NCBI GenBank assembly: GCA_903860135.1
Contig: CAIOPG010000008.1
Coordinates: 64,127-128,126 of the forward strand
Direction of reading: 5' to 3'
From: Candidatus Omnitrophota bacterium
GTDB taxonomy: Bacteria > Omnitrophota > Gorgyraeia > Zapsychrales > Fredricksoniimonadaceae
DNA: 64,000 bases
In this document: one piece after another, positions 49,511-59,806 of the stretch
Position numbering within the stretch: position 1 is the stretch's first letter
Layout of the letters: the number at the start of each line of letters is the position of its first letter
Program-made: the position numbers and the translations under genes
Notes under the pieces: generated by a model
What the model was told of the DNA's origin: nothing
The model's input: only the letters and a program-made list of their open reading frames with translations
Databases searched by the model: none

Positions 49511-50572
49511 TTACGGTTTCAACACACCAATGTGTGTCAGATTGGCATAAATAGGTTTCAAGAATGCAAGTGCCATGAGCATGACAAAGAACGCCGCTAC
49601 GCCCAGCAAGGCCGGCTGAAGTGTTGCCGCCAGCAGGCCGACGCGCGTTTCGAAGGAACGATAATAAAATTTGAACACACGCTCGCAATATTCATCGTAA
49701 TGCCCGGTTTCCTCGCCGAGCCTGACAGTTTCAACAACCAGCCGCGGGAAATATTTTCCAACAGCCAAAGCAGCTGAAAACGTATGCCCTCCGGCAAGGT
49801 ATTGCCGGCAGTGTTTTAATTCCATCCCGGTTCTGTTGACAGCCGCGGCCGCCGCCTCCGTGAGGGCGGTGTCGAGCGGAATACCACTGCGCAACAGCAC
49901 AAAGATATCGAAAAAACACAAGGCGATCTCGAGGTCCCGGTGCGCCCGGCCAACCAAAGGAAGTTCATTCAAAAAGGCATGCCATTGATCAGGATAGCGT
50001 GAGATCAATCCCATCATGGTCAGCCCCAGGACTGCGGTCCCACCAAACAACCATCCCCCCGCGTGCACGATGAAAGCGCTGAAAGTGATAAGGGCGCGTG
50101 TCAACCAATTATCCAAGGCCTCCGGCGGTAACAGCGGCGCCAGTTGGGGCACAACGGCCTGTGCCATATAAATGAGCACCACCAAAAGAAGCCCGATGAC
50201 GCTTGCCGGATAAATAACCGCCTGAAGGCATTTATCCTTTAAACGCGCGGACAGGTCAAAATGATCCGCCAGAAGCCCCATGACCAAAGGTAGATTCCCG
50301 GCATGCTCGCCAGCCTTAACCGCATTTAAAGCCAAACGAGGGAAAAGGCCTGTTTGCCCCATGGCCTGTGCCAACGGGCGGCCTGCGGCAAGTTCAAGGA
50401 GCATCACCGCACAACCCCGCGACAACCGTGGATCAAGGACAGCTTCTTTGAGTGAACCCAGGGCATGGTTAAGGGCAATGCCCGCCACCAGCATATTGGC
50501 AAGGTCCCTGAAGAAAAACGACAGACGTGCGGCCGGGACAGCCCTTGGCGGTAACAAGAACAACGCTGTCAT
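49511..50572 (-). CDS. type II secretion F / PilC platform protein
   Basis: LANMLVAGI..L, GEHAGNL, IYPASV, LLRSGIPL, GEETG, LQP. Confidence 0.88.
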   Translation of the reverse strand: MTALFLLPPRAVPAARLSFFFRDLANMLVAGIALNHALGSLKEAVLDPRLSRGCAVMLLELAAGRPLAQAMGQTGLFPRLALNAVKAGEHAGNLPLVMGLLADHFDLSARLKDKCLQAVIYPASVIGLLLVVLIYMAQAVVPQLAPLLPPEALDNWLTRALITFSAFIVHAGGWLFGGTAVLGLTMMGLISRYPDQWHAFLNELPLVGRAHRDLEIALCFFDIFVLLRSGIPLDTALTEAAAAAVNRTGMELKHCRQYLAGGHTFSAALAVGKYFPRLVVETVRLGEETGHYDEYCERVFKFYYRSFETRVGLLAATLQPALLGVAAFFVMLMALAFLKPIYANLTHIGVLKP

Positions 50573-52197
50573 CGCACCACCCGCGCAGCCTCTTCGGGCG
50601 CGATGACCCCTTCGCGCACAAGCCGGCAGGCATCGGCGTGCATGGTGATCACGCCGGGCCTGGCCCTGACTTTCAAGAAGATCTCGTTGACCAGCCCCTG
50701 CTCGATCATGAAACGTATTTCATCATCGATGAACAAGGTTTCCGCCACCACGGTCCGCCCCCGATAACCGTCAAAACACCAGGGGCATCCCCGCGGATCC
50801 GCCCGATGAATGATCTGCCCCGGCCCGTTGACAAAAGCCTGTTCCGCCTCGCCGAGGAGCAGCGGCGTCACAAATTCCTCGATCCGGCAATGCGGACAAA
50901 GCTTGCGCACCAGCCGCTGGGCGACAACACACTTCAGGGTGCTGGCGATATAACTGTTATCCACTCCCAGGTCACGCAGGCGCAAGATGGCACTTACGGC
51001 ATCACGGGTATGCAGTGTTGAAAAGACCTTGTGCCCCGTGATCGCCGCACGCACGGCTTCTTTGGCCGTCTTTTCATCGCGGATCTCGCCGATCAGGATG
51101 ATATCCGGGTCATGCCGCAGAAAGGCCCGTGCCAACTGATGGAAATCATGCCCTTTACGGATATCGACCGGCACCTGGGTCACCAGCGGCAATTTGATCT
51201 CAACCGGATCTTCCGCCGCCACAACCTTGATCCCGACAGCCTTGACATGATTGAGCATGGCATAAAGGCTGGTGGTCTTGCCACAACCGGTAGGCCCGGT
51301 CAAGAGCACGATACCGCCGGGGCTTTTAACCGCACGCTCAATGACACGGCAATGCCCCGGGGCATAACCCAGGCTTTCCAGGGGCACGGCCGAGCGTGTT
51401 TTATCGAGAAGCCTCAGTACGAGCGAGGCCCCGTTGACCGACGGTATGTGCGAAAGCCGGATATCCATCCGGCGGTTGCCGCACACATGATCAAAGCGCG
51501 CGTCATGCAGTTTCATGAAATCGCCCGCGCTGATCTCGGCACGATTAAAGAATATGTTCACGATCCGTGCATGATCCCCGCGCGCGAAAGAACGGTGAAA
51601 GCGCAGGACCCCGTCGAGACGCAAGCGCACTTCGACCGAGTCTCCCGAAGGTTCGATGTGGATATCCGTTGCGCCCAGATCGATCGCTTCTTCCAGAAGG
51701 CTGTCCGCGGCATCCTGGACACCGCGTGTGCCGGCCTCAACAGCCCCTTGCTGCGCCTTCACGAAATGGGCCGCCCCCGCCGCAATGGTATCGCTATTGC
51801 CAATAAAGAACCGCACCTCCGAACCGAACACCGACACCACCTGATCCGTTGCCCGGGTATCATACGGGTCCGCAAGGACAAAAACGGTCCCCGCCGTATC
51901 GGTGCAAGGTAAAACCAGATGCTCCTGCATGAAAGCCCCGCCCAACCGGCTCGCCGCCGCTTGATCGAGGCACGCCGCACCTTCATAAACCGGCCAGCCT
52001 GATTGCTCGGACAATCCGGCCATCAGGTCTTCCTCACGCACAAGCGCATACTGACGCAAGATGTTCCCGAGGCGTTCGCGCCCCGCTGAAGACGCCTGCA
52101 CCCCAAGGCCCAACGCCACATCGCCCGACGTCAGGGCGCCCCGCCTTACCAGCAATGCTCCCAAGGGTTCGGGTTTCATCCGTCGTGCCGTTATCAT
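50569..52197 (-). CDS. GspE/PilB family assembly ATPase with MshEN-like N-terminus
   Basis: ATDIHIEP, GPTGCGKTT, EDPVE, LRHDPDIILIGEIRD, TGHKVFSTLH, LCPHC..CPWC, GYRGR. Confidence 0.93.
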   Translation of the reverse strand: MITARRMKPEPLGALLVRRGALTSGDVALGLGVQASSAGRERLGNILRQYALVREEDLMAGLSEQSGWPVYEGAACLDQAAASRLGGAFMQEHLVLPCTDTAGTVFVLADPYDTRATDQVVSVFGSEVRFFIGNSDTIAAGAAHFVKAQQGAVEAGTRGVQDAADSLLEEAIDLGATDIHIEPSGDSVEVRLRLDGVLRFHRSFARGDHARIVNIFFNRAEISAGDFMKLHDARFDHVCGNRRMDIRLSHIPSVNGASLVLRLLDKTRSAVPLESLGYAPGHCRVIERAVKSPGGIVLLTGPTGCGKTTSLYAMLNHVKAVGIKVVAAEDPVEIKLPLVTQVPVDIRKGHDFHQLARAFLRHDPDIILIGEIRDEKTAKEAVRAAITGHKVFSTLHTRDAVSAILRLRDLGVDNSYIASTLKCVVAQRLVRKLCPHCRIEEFVTPLLLGEAEQAFVNGPGQIIHRADPRGCPWCFDGYRGRTVVAETLFIDDEIRFMIEQGLVNEIFLKVRARPGVITMHADACRLVREGVIAPEEAARVVR

Positions 52198-52655
52198 CGG
52201 ACCTCCAGCAAGCTTTCATGCCCGTCTTGCGTCACCATGGTGATCTCCGTCGCGGATATTTTCTTGATGATCCTGTCCGCGCAACGATCGCCTTCTTGCC
52301 AACGCTTGAGCACGCCGTCCACATCCACCACCGCTTCCTTGCGCGTCCCGGTGATGGCTATATAACGCACATGAATATTGGGCTCCGTTCCGGCTTGTTC
52401 GTGCGGCTTTCGGGTTTCCCCGCCGCCTGAAAGCCCGGCGAGTTCGAGTGAAACTTTTTTGCGCTCAAGTTCAAGCTTCAAGCGCTCCACATCCAGATGC
52501 AGTAACTGCAGTTCTTCCTCCCTGGCGCGCTCCGTGTCAACACGCCCCCGCATCTTTTCGAGCGTTGCCGTCCCGTCGTCAACAGCCGGTCCGGCCGCCA
52601 GTGCCGCGCTGGCGAACATGAAGATCAAGCAAATGCTCCCCACCTGTTTTTTCAT
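52194..52655 (-). CDS. PilP-like pilus assembly protein
   Basis: Signal peptide, coiled coil, C-terminal beta domain (EAVVDVDG..WQEGD..IKKIS); position before the ATPase. Confidence 0.5.
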   Translation of the reverse strand: MKKQVGSICLIFMFASAALAAGPAVDDGTATLEKMRGRVDTERAREEELQLLHLDVERLKLELERKKVSLELAGLSGGGETRKPHEQAGTEPNIHVRYIAITGTRKEAVVDVDGVLKRWQEGDRCADRIIKKISATEITMVTQDGHESLLEVR

Positions 52656-53161
52656 GATGCCCCCTCCTGAAGTCCAACAATAATAACTTCCATCTCGAGC
52701 GTATCTTTTGTTCCCTTTATACGACGGATCACCGCCGTCCCCTTCTCTTCTATCCCTGAGAAAGCCCTCAGCATCGAAAAGAAGGCACTCCGGCTCTGTA
52801 GCCCCGTGCAATGCACATTTAGCGGCAGTTGCTGCACCCCCGCCCAGGGAGAAGCTTCCACCGCGCGGCGCATATCCCCTTGAACCATGCCCGGGACGAT
52901 CACCGTGCAGGCCGTATGCTCCGAGCGCCCGATTACATAAATGTCATTGATAAACCCGGCGTACGCCTCTTTAAAAATATCTTTCGGGGGTGTGCGCTCC
53001 AGCACGGCACAAGCTTTAAGCTCCTCGTTCAGACGGCGTGTCTCGTGCAGCGTTTGGGCCAGTGCCACGTTCTTTCTGGCCGCACGATCCCGAGCGGCAT
53101 AGCCTGTCACTAAGCCCGCAACCAGCAACAGGCTTCCGGCAAAGATCACCAGCAGCCTCAT
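52652..53161 (-). CDS. PilO/GspM-like alignment protein
   Basis: N-terminal TM, coiled coil, ferredoxin-like C-terminus; synteny. Confidence 0.45.
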   Translation of the reverse strand: MRLLVIFAGSLLLVAGLVTGYAARDRAARKNVALAQTLHETRRLNEELKACAVLERTPPKDIFKEAYAGFINDIYVIGRSEHTACTVIVPGMVQGDMRRAVEASPWAGVQQLPLNVHCTGLQSRSAFFSMLRAFSGIEEKGTAVIRRIKGTKDTLEMEVIIVGLQEGAS

Positions 53162-54231
53162 GGTGCTCTCCTTTCTTCGGCCGGGCAGGTAGAAAATACA
53201 GCACGGATCTTCAACCCCGGCTTATCCTCTATCACAATAGCCTCGCTGACAGCTTCCGTAAAAAGCCCATGGCCTGAAAAAGGGAAAACCTGTTTTTGTT
53301 CAAACACAAGCTCACCTGTGAAGATCCACCCGTCGCTCTGCCCGCGTTCAAACGTAACTGAACTGACCCGGCTCTCCAAAGGCAAGCCCTCCATAAACTG
53401 ACGGGACACATCAAAAAAATCAACGCGCGGCCATTGCCTGAGGCGCGCCTGATAGGTCACGATCGACACCTCTTTCAAGGCCGGCACACCACCGGCTCTT
53501 TGATCAGTAGCCTCCTGTGCCGCCGTGTCAACCGCCTGTTCAGACATGACCGCGCTCCAGCCATACCCGATACCGGCCAAGGCCATCAGCAACGCCATCG
53601 CCCCTGCACCCAACAAGCCCCGCCGGTCTGCCTGCCGCTGCCTTGCGGCCGCATCTTCCGGTGCCATCAAATGCACCGCGAACCTGACCGTACCCAACAC
53701 CTCAAAAGCCGGGAATAATGTTTCAAAGAAAACTACATTTTCTTTATCTTCCGCGCTCAACACCTCGATCACGGCGGCGTCATTGCCCAGCAAGCAGCAG
53801 GCCGCCGTCGGCAGCCCTTCGATCAAATTCTTGCGGGAACGCCGCACTTCCTCGGCGATCCGCTCCGCGTTCTGTGGCAGGAGCACCCGTGTTTCCACGG
53901 CCTCACGCGTGTTATAGGCCGTGAGCAAATACCTGTCGCCGATGTTGTCAATCACGATCATGGGCTGTTCGGCCGGGACCAAATTCTGCCCCCAAAGATA
54001 AGCCCGCAACGCCAGGCTGTACGGCACAAATGTCCTGATCCCGCCGCGCGGGAAAGCCCGGCTGATACGCCGGATCATGGCCGGCTGATCCTCCGTCGAC
54101 AGCACCAGCAGGACATGCGCCTCCTTATCTGCAACATGCGCAGAAGCCATAAAATCATCAACCGTCATGCAGGTCGGGTCATCCCCGCAGGCAAAGTAAA
54201 CATTCCCGTTCTGAAAAAGATAGCGTCCCAT
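53158..54231 (-). CDS. PilM/PilN (GspL-like) fused alignment protein
   Basis: Cytoplasmic actin-like segment (VPYSLAL..IVIDNIG), single TM, periplasmic domain; follows the secretin. Confidence 0.5.
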   Translation of the reverse strand: MGRYLFQNGNVYFACGDDPTCMTVDDFMASAHVADKEAHVLLVLSTEDQPAMIRRISRAFPRGGIRTFVPYSLALRAYLWGQNLVPAEQPMIVIDNIGDRYLLTAYNTREAVETRVLLPQNAERIAEEVRRSRKNLIEGLPTAACCLLGNDAAVIEVLSAEDKENVVFFETLFPAFEVLGTVRFAVHLMAPEDAAARQRQADRRGLLGAGAMALLMALAGIGYGWSAVMSEQAVDTAAQEATDQRAGGVPALKEVSIVTYQARLRQWPRVDFFDVSRQFMEGLPLESRVSSVTFERGQSDGWIFTGELVFEQKQVFPFSGHGLFTEAVSEAIVIEDKPGLKIRAVFSTCPAEERRAP

Positions 54232-54233
54232 AT

Positions 54234-55814
54234 TTAACCTTGGTGCGGGGTCATGAAAATGACCAGTTCTGTCCGCCGGTTTCGGCGAACCTCATAGGAA
54301 AACAATCTGCCCAATACAGGCAGGCGGCACAGGAAAGGCACCCCCTGCTGTTCCTTCCGCTTGTCGCGCGTGATAAGCCCGCCGATGGCTACCGTCTGCC
54401 CGTCTTTCACCCGCACCTGCGTGGTCATGGTCTTGATGGACGTGTCGGGCGCCTCCAGCCGGCTCCCGCCGCCGAGCGTGATCGTGCGGATATCATCAAT
54501 GCTGGTCACGACCGGCGTCACCCCCAGGAACACATCCTCGCCGGCAATACTGCCGACGATCTGGAGCGTCACGCCGCCATGGACTTCATTCAAGGCCGCC
54601 GACGTGATCGTACCCCCGTTCTGTGTGGTTTCCACGTTACTGCTCTCCACATACGATCGGGTTTCCCCGACCTGAATACTGGCCACCGCGTTATTGAGCA
54701 TCATGAGGCGCGGCTGAGACACCACCTCGATCTGCCCGAATGATTCCAGCGCTTTTAAGACGGCCTTGATCCCCGATGCGGTATCACCCGCCCCGCTTCG
54801 GCCGGCGCTGGCCGCCAGGGTCATCACATTGCCGGTGGCCATATTCCCGGAGGCAAAGTTCGTCGACGCCCGCAGGCCTTTTAAACTGCCCCCGGCCATC
54901 AGGGCACCCCAATCGATCCCCAGCTTATGCTCCCTGGAAAGTTCCACCTCGACGACCTTGACATCCACCATGATCTGACGCGCCGCCCGGGCATTGATAT
55001 CCTTGAGAAAAGTTTCCAGCGTTTCCAGCCGTCGCGGCGTATCCGTGACCACGATCACACCGGCCGCCTTGTTAACCGAAACAAGCCCGTCCTTGGAAAC
55101 AAGATTCCTCACACCCGCTTCAACATCACTCCAGTAGGAAAGTGCCTCGGCCTTGTTGTGGATAACAACCCTGGCTCCCACGCGCACATGACTGCGCCCG
55201 GCGGTGCCCGCCCCTGCATTACCTTCCTCGCCGGCACTTGAACTTTCATTGGTCGTGGCTGTATCAAAAGCCTGCGCCACCGGTGGTAGGTCGATGCGGA
55301 AAGACTGCGTATCACGGGCCAGGATAACAAGCTCTCCCCCGTTGACCTTATACCCGTATTCGAGCGGAACCAGGATGGCCCTTAACGCGCGCGCCAGCGG
55401 GGCTTGGCTAATATTCAGCGTCAATTCAGTGTCCACGACACCCGGCCCCAGGACAACCTGCTTTCCGGCGGCTTCGGCGATGATCTTCAAAGCTTCAAAC
55501 AGTTTCACCTGCCCTGCCAGCGTGATCAGCCGCGGTGCTCCGCCTTTAAACACCACGGTGCCGGTGCCCGTTGCAACAGCCTGCACAGGCATGACCAGCG
55601 GCTGAGCCGGTGCCCTCACCCAGGCCCCAGGCCTTAGGATCACCAGCTCATCACGGGCAGGATAATAAACACCGTCAGTGATCCCCGCCGGGACCCGCAC
55701 CTCTGAAACCAGAGGCTCCACCCACTGGTCGCTGGCTTGCGTCGCTGCCGCCCAGCCGCCTGACAGGCACCACAACCATAACCCTGCCCACACAATATTG
55801 GTCCGCATGATCAT
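54234..55814 (-). CDS. outer membrane secretin (MshL/PilQ/GspD family)
   Basis: Signal peptide; QIMVDVKVVEV..LGIDW, SQPRLMMLNN, VKDGQTVAIGGL, VPFLCRLPVLGRLF, TELVIFMTP. Confidence 0.93.
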   Translation of the reverse strand: MIMRTNIVWAGLWLWCLSGGWAAATQASDQWVEPLVSEVRVPAGITDGVYYPARDELVILRPGAWVRAPAQPLVMPVQAVATGTGTVVFKGGAPRLITLAGQVKLFEALKIIAEAAGKQVVLGPGVVDTELTLNISQAPLARALRAILVPLEYGYKVNGGELVILARDTQSFRIDLPPVAQAFDTATTNESSSAGEEGNAGAGTAGRSHVRVGARVVIHNKAEALSYWSDVEAGVRNLVSKDGLVSVNKAAGVIVVTDTPRRLETLETFLKDINARAARQIMVDVKVVEVELSREHKLGIDWGALMAGGSLKGLRASTNFASGNMATGNVMTLAASAGRSGAGDTASGIKAVLKALESFGQIEVVSQPRLMMLNNAVASIQVGETRSYVESSNVETTQNGGTITSAALNEVHGGVTLQIVGSIAGEDVFLGVTPVVTSIDDIRTITLGGGSRLEAPDTSIKTMTTQVRVKDGQTVAIGGLITRDKRKEQQGVPFLCRLPVLGRLFSYEVRRNRRTELVIFMTPHQG

Positions 55815-55843
55815 GCCCTCTCCTTGATGTTCTTCCGCATCCT

Positions 55844-58291
55844 TCAGCGCACACCGCCGGGATATTTTGCCGCACAAACCCTGAGGGCTTCCAATAGGTC
55901 ACCCCCGGCCTTTTCCTTTTCCGCATCTAATAGCGCATTGTCGCGCGGCTCTGACGTGGCCGCCCAATAAAGCAGAGGGTCAGGCACCAGCCGGATAACC
56001 CCTGTCGAAGAAGGCGTCATCACCAAAGCCTCGGCATACCGCCCTTTGACCGTGCGGACCGACCGCAGCAAACCTGCCGCCTCGTCGGCGAGAGACAATT
56101 CTCTTTTTAAATGTTCGATCAGCGCAACTTCCTGCTTCAAAAAGATCTTGTTGGCTGTATTGGCCAGGATCGCCAGCCCGCTCTTTTGTTGCAGGAAGTC
56201 AGCAACCTCCTGGGTAACCGCCACTGCCGCACAGCGGTATTTGCGGAATGTCTTGAAGGCATTGGCAATAAAATCACCGGTGCTGGCGAGCTTTAATAAC
56301 TGCCACGCTTCATCGATCAGCATGAACTTCCTCTTGCCGCGGATGCGCGGATCACCCACAAACTGCGTCACAAAGAACATGATATTAAGGAGCACCACCA
56401 GCTGAAGGTCCGGGTAAGCACTCAGATTCGCCAGTTCAAACACCGTGAAACGGCTGTTCACTGTAAACTGATTCTGCCCGTCGAAGAATTTCCCGTACGG
56501 CCCTTTCCGGGTGAACGGTGCCAGCCTGAGCGCCAAACGAGGCCCCATTGCACTCACATCCTCGAGCGTCGCGTTGTTCAACACGCCGGCGACATCGGTC
56601 AATGTCACCTCACGGCCTTTCACCGTCCTGTACGCTTCAAGCACTGCCTGCTGGAGAAAGCCTTTCTCCTCGCGCGTCAGGCGGTCGCGTTCATCGCCGC
56701 CCGAAGCCATGAAACCCAGCACTTCGACAAGGAAAGCCAGATTTTCGCTGTCAGGAGCACACAGGAACGGATTGATCGTCAGCGGCGCCCGCAGGTCAAA
56801 ATCAAGGTACTGCCCGCCGAGGATGGCGCAGGTCTTGCGGTAAGAATGCCCTTTGTCGAGCACAAAGAAATGCGCGCCCAAACGGTAATTCTGATAAATA
56901 AAATCATTGATCAGGAATGACTTCCCGGCCCCCGAAGCCCCGATCACCAGCCCGTGAGGATTTGTTTCCGAATCAAAAAGATCCAGCCATACCGGCTCGC
57001 CCCGGCGGTTCATGTAAAGCCCCGCCGGTGTGGCTGTACCGCGGCAGGCGCCGTAAAAGGGCAGCATATCCGCGAAATTATCTGAGAGAATGCGGCGTTC
57101 CCGGCGCACAAAACACTCGTTGCGGTGGTCGAAATTTAGCGGCAGGCATGTCAGGTAGATCGACGGAGCAATGATCTCTTCTTTCAAGCCTTCGGCCCCC
57201 ATCCGGTGCAGAGCGGCCAGCAGTGTGTCGCACACCCCTTCAAGGGCAGGCAAAGCCTCGCCCCACACCACGAGATGCCAGCGCGCCTGCACGATCACCT
57301 TGCCGCTCTTAAAGGTCTGCGTGATAAGCCCGCTCAGTTCCTCTTTCTTTTGCACCGCCTCCTCGCTCACATCACCCATCGACGACGTCCGCTGCATAAA
57401 CGCCAGGGCCTTCTGAAATTTGAGCCGCGACAGGGCCGACTGCTGATCGGGCACCGTGAAATTGACAACGACCATCATGTCCCTGTGACTGTCACATAAG
57501 CCTTCGCGGGTTGATAACATCCCCGCCCATGTCGCCGGCGGTAATTCCTTCAGGCTCAACACCCGGGTGTGATAACCGTCAAAGATAAAGCCGTTGCCAT
57601 GCACGTCCGGTGCCCCGTACAAAACCTGTTCTCTCAAAAAGTCTTGTCCCAGCCGTGGCGGCGGAATTCTGAGCGCACGGCGAGGGTTCAACAGCCGGTA
57701 AACAAGCGCACACAAACCCGCTCCGTCGATTTCAACCCACGGGATCCGCATGGCCTGCAGTTGGCTTTCGATGACGGCACAAAATCGAAGAAAATCACCG
57801 CGCACTTTGTCTTGCGTCCGGGCATCGTGCGCCGCGCCTTGAGACACCGGAAAAGACCGTACAGTCAAAAACAGCCGCATCCGCCTGGGGAACAGTTCTT
57901 CCCCGGCCTGCCGGAAAAACCCTTCCCGGCTGTCTTCCATATGCTGCACTTTCCCGTCGATGATCATCGCTGTGGCCTTATCCGCTCCGGCCGGCGTCAT
58001 GGCCTGGTACGGACCGGTCAGCGGCGTAATATCGCTGTCCGATACGAGGATGGCCTGCGCGCTGATCCCCGGTAACATACGCCCGACAAGCCCCCCGAGC
58101 ATATGCACAAATTCATCCAGCTGTGCCGCCCCTACAGCCTCGGATTCATAAAGGGATAGTTCCCACACGCGCCCGATACTGCCGTCCACATGAAGAAATA
58201 TCCCGCCAGCGTATTCCGCGTACGGCAAATGATCAACGAGCGATTTCCCTTCATCGAACAAAGCCTGTATCCCTGACACGGTCAACATCAC
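55844..58291 (-). CDS. traC: TraC/VirB4 family T4SS ATPase
   Basis: NPHGLVIGASGAGKS, LDKGHSY, INPF, MLIDEAW, RKYR..VTQ. Confidence 0.92.
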   Translation of the reverse strand: MMLTVSGIQALFDEGKSLVDHLPYAEYAGGIFLHVDGSIGRVWELSLYESEAVGAAQLDEFVHMLGGLVGRMLPGISAQAILVSDSDITPLTGPYQAMTPAGADKATAMIIDGKVQHMEDSREGFFRQAGEELFPRRMRLFLTVRSFPVSQGAAHDARTQDKVRGDFLRFCAVIESQLQAMRIPWVEIDGAGLCALVYRLLNPRRALRIPPPRLGQDFLREQVLYGAPDVHGNGFIFDGYHTRVLSLKELPPATWAGMLSTREGLCDSHRDMMVVVNFTVPDQQSALSRLKFQKALAFMQRTSSMGDVSEEAVQKKEELSGLITQTFKSGKVIVQARWHLVVWGEALPALEGVCDTLLAALHRMGAEGLKEEIIAPSIYLTCLPLNFDHRNECFVRRERRILSDNFADMLPFYGACRGTATPAGLYMNRRGEPVWLDLFDSETNPHGLVIGASGAGKSFLINDFIYQNYRLGAHFFVLDKGHSYRKTCAILGGQYLDFDLRAPLTINPFLCAPDSENLAFLVEVLGFMASGGDERDRLTREEKGFLQQAVLEAYRTVKGREVTLTDVAGVLNNATLEDVSAMGPRLALRLAPFTRKGPYGKFFDGQNQFTVNSRFTVFELANLSAYPDLQLVVLLNIMFFVTQFVGDPRIRGKRKFMLIDEAWQLLKLASTGDFIANAFKTFRKYRCAAVAVTQEVADFLQQKSGLAILANTANKIFLKQEVALIEHLKRELSLADEAAGLLRSVRTVKGRYAEALVMTPSSTGVIRLVPDPLLYWAATSEPRDNALLDAEKEKAGGDLLEALRVCAAKYPGGVR

Positions 58292-58680
58292 GGCTCCTTT
58301 ACCGGTAAGACCGGAACGATCGCTCGTCCGTCGGTGCTTTCCCCCGCAGGCCGCTCGATATACCAGTGCGGCTCATCGACCATGAGAAACGTCCAATGCC
58401 CGGCGACCATGGCGTCGCGGCCGTGGCCGCTCACATGCGCCGGGATCCATACTTTCCGGATGCGCGGGGGTTCATAGATCGGCCAATACGGTCGCACCAC
58501 GCCAGCCTCAGGCAAAAGCTCCACCCTGCCCGTAGCACCACCCTCGGCAGTGCCGCACGAATGGTGATAGATCTGTGCCAGCGTACGCGGCGCCTCCCCT
58601 TGCGCCGGGACTGCCTGACGGCCCGCGCAACCGCTAATCAGCGTAACGCACAGGCATAACAGCACTCTTCTTGAGCCCAT
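58288..58680 (-). CDS. traV: TraV-like lipoprotein (VirB7 analogue)
   Basis: Lipobox LISGC; PRIRKVWIPAH..GHWTFLMVDEPHW; between traB and traC. Confidence 0.75.
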   Translation of the reverse strand: MGSRRVLLCLCVTLISGCAGRQAVPAQGEAPRTLAQIYHHSCGTAEGGATGRVELLPEAGVVRPYWPIYEPPRIRKVWIPAHVSGHGRDAMVAGHWTFLMVDEPHWYIERPAGESTDGRAIVPVLPVKEP

Positions 58681-59806
58681 AAACCGCCGTCCCTTCGAGT
58701 ACAATGAAATAAACGCCGACCCCGGCCTCAACCTTGACCGCCGGGACAATATTCCCCAGCTGATCCTCGTAATACTTGGACATTTGCGCCGCGCTCTGCG
58801 CCAACCCCTGAAACCCGGCATTCTTTGTGCGGCTCCCGGTCACATTCCTTGTCATATGCCCGTTATCGCCCATGACCGTTGTTGTCTGGGCGTCGGCCAT
58901 GGCCTGCGCAGCCCCGCCGGTAAATCCGGTCATGAACGACATCGCCAACTGCCGGCCGGCGTTATAAACGACCTCGCCTTTCAAGCCCAACTGGCCGGAA
59001 ACATCTGTCAGATACCCGATATTCCCTTTGTGCTCAAAAGTCTCACCTTGCGGGAACACCGCCGACACCGTCGTGATCTGGACAAGCGCCCGTTCGCTCA
59101 CAAGATCCCCCGACGCCTTGCCTGCCGCCAGGGCACCTTCGAGCGGTATGCGCGACCCGTTGGGGCCATAAAAAGCTTCCTTAAGGCGGATCAAGACCGG
59201 CAAGGGATTGGCATTGCCTGACGGCGCATAAACCCCCGTCAGCAATGTCCCGCTCACAAAACTGCCGGCGGGCAAATACACCCGGTCTCTGTCGTTCTCG
59301 CGCGCAACAGGGGCCGCGATATTGATCACATCCATCTGATACCGCCGCATATCCGGCTGTTGCACCATAGCCCCGGCGGGGGATGACACCTCCGCCTTGT
59401 TGCTCACCGCCTCGGCCATGCGCCCGGCAAGGCTCGCGAAACTCTCGGACAACCGCCCCTGGCCCTTGGACAGCTCACTCACTTTCCCGGCAAGATCGTC
59501 GATCCGCCCCTGCAAAAGCTGATCTTTCTCTGCGGCAGAAAAATATTGCGCCTCAAGCCGCTGCACATACGCCTTCTTGTCAATGTCCTCCCCCAGGAAA
59601 TACCCGCCCTCGTCCTTCTTCACCTCTTGCGGCGACGCCAATGGCTTCACCGGGCCATCGCCGGGCACTGGTTCTTTGGGCAGAAACAGCCAGCACGCCG
59701 CGATCAGCAAGCCTCCGGCCGCGCACAGTGCCGTCAAGCGCCCGCGCGTGTCCAGTGCCTGAAATTTTTCCTGCCACGACCGGATCAACGCCTGAATATT
59801 ATTCAT
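58634..59806 (-). CDS. traB: TraB/VirB10 family protein
   Basis: TM, coiled coil, YLPAGSFVSGTLLTGVYAP, PVLIRL, GDLVSERA, GLKGEVV. Confidence 0.9.
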   Translation of the reverse strand: MNNIQALIRSWQEKFQALDTRGRLTALCAAGGLLIAACWLFLPKEPVPGDGPVKPLASPQEVKKDEGGYFLGEDIDKKAYVQRLEAQYFSAAEKDQLLQGRIDDLAGKVSELSKGQGRLSESFASLAGRMAEAVSNKAEVSSPAGAMVQQPDMRRYQMDVINIAAPVARENDRDRVYLPAGSFVSGTLLTGVYAPSGNANPLPVLIRLKEAFYGPNGSRIPLEGALAAGKASGDLVSERALVQITTVSAVFPQGETFEHKGNIGYLTDVSGQLGLKGEVVYNAGRQLAMSFMTGFTGGAAQAMADAQTTTVMGDNGHMTRNVTGSRTKNAGFQGLAQSAAQMSKYYEDQLGNIVPAVKVEAGVGVYFIVLEGTAVYGLKKSAVMPVRYAD

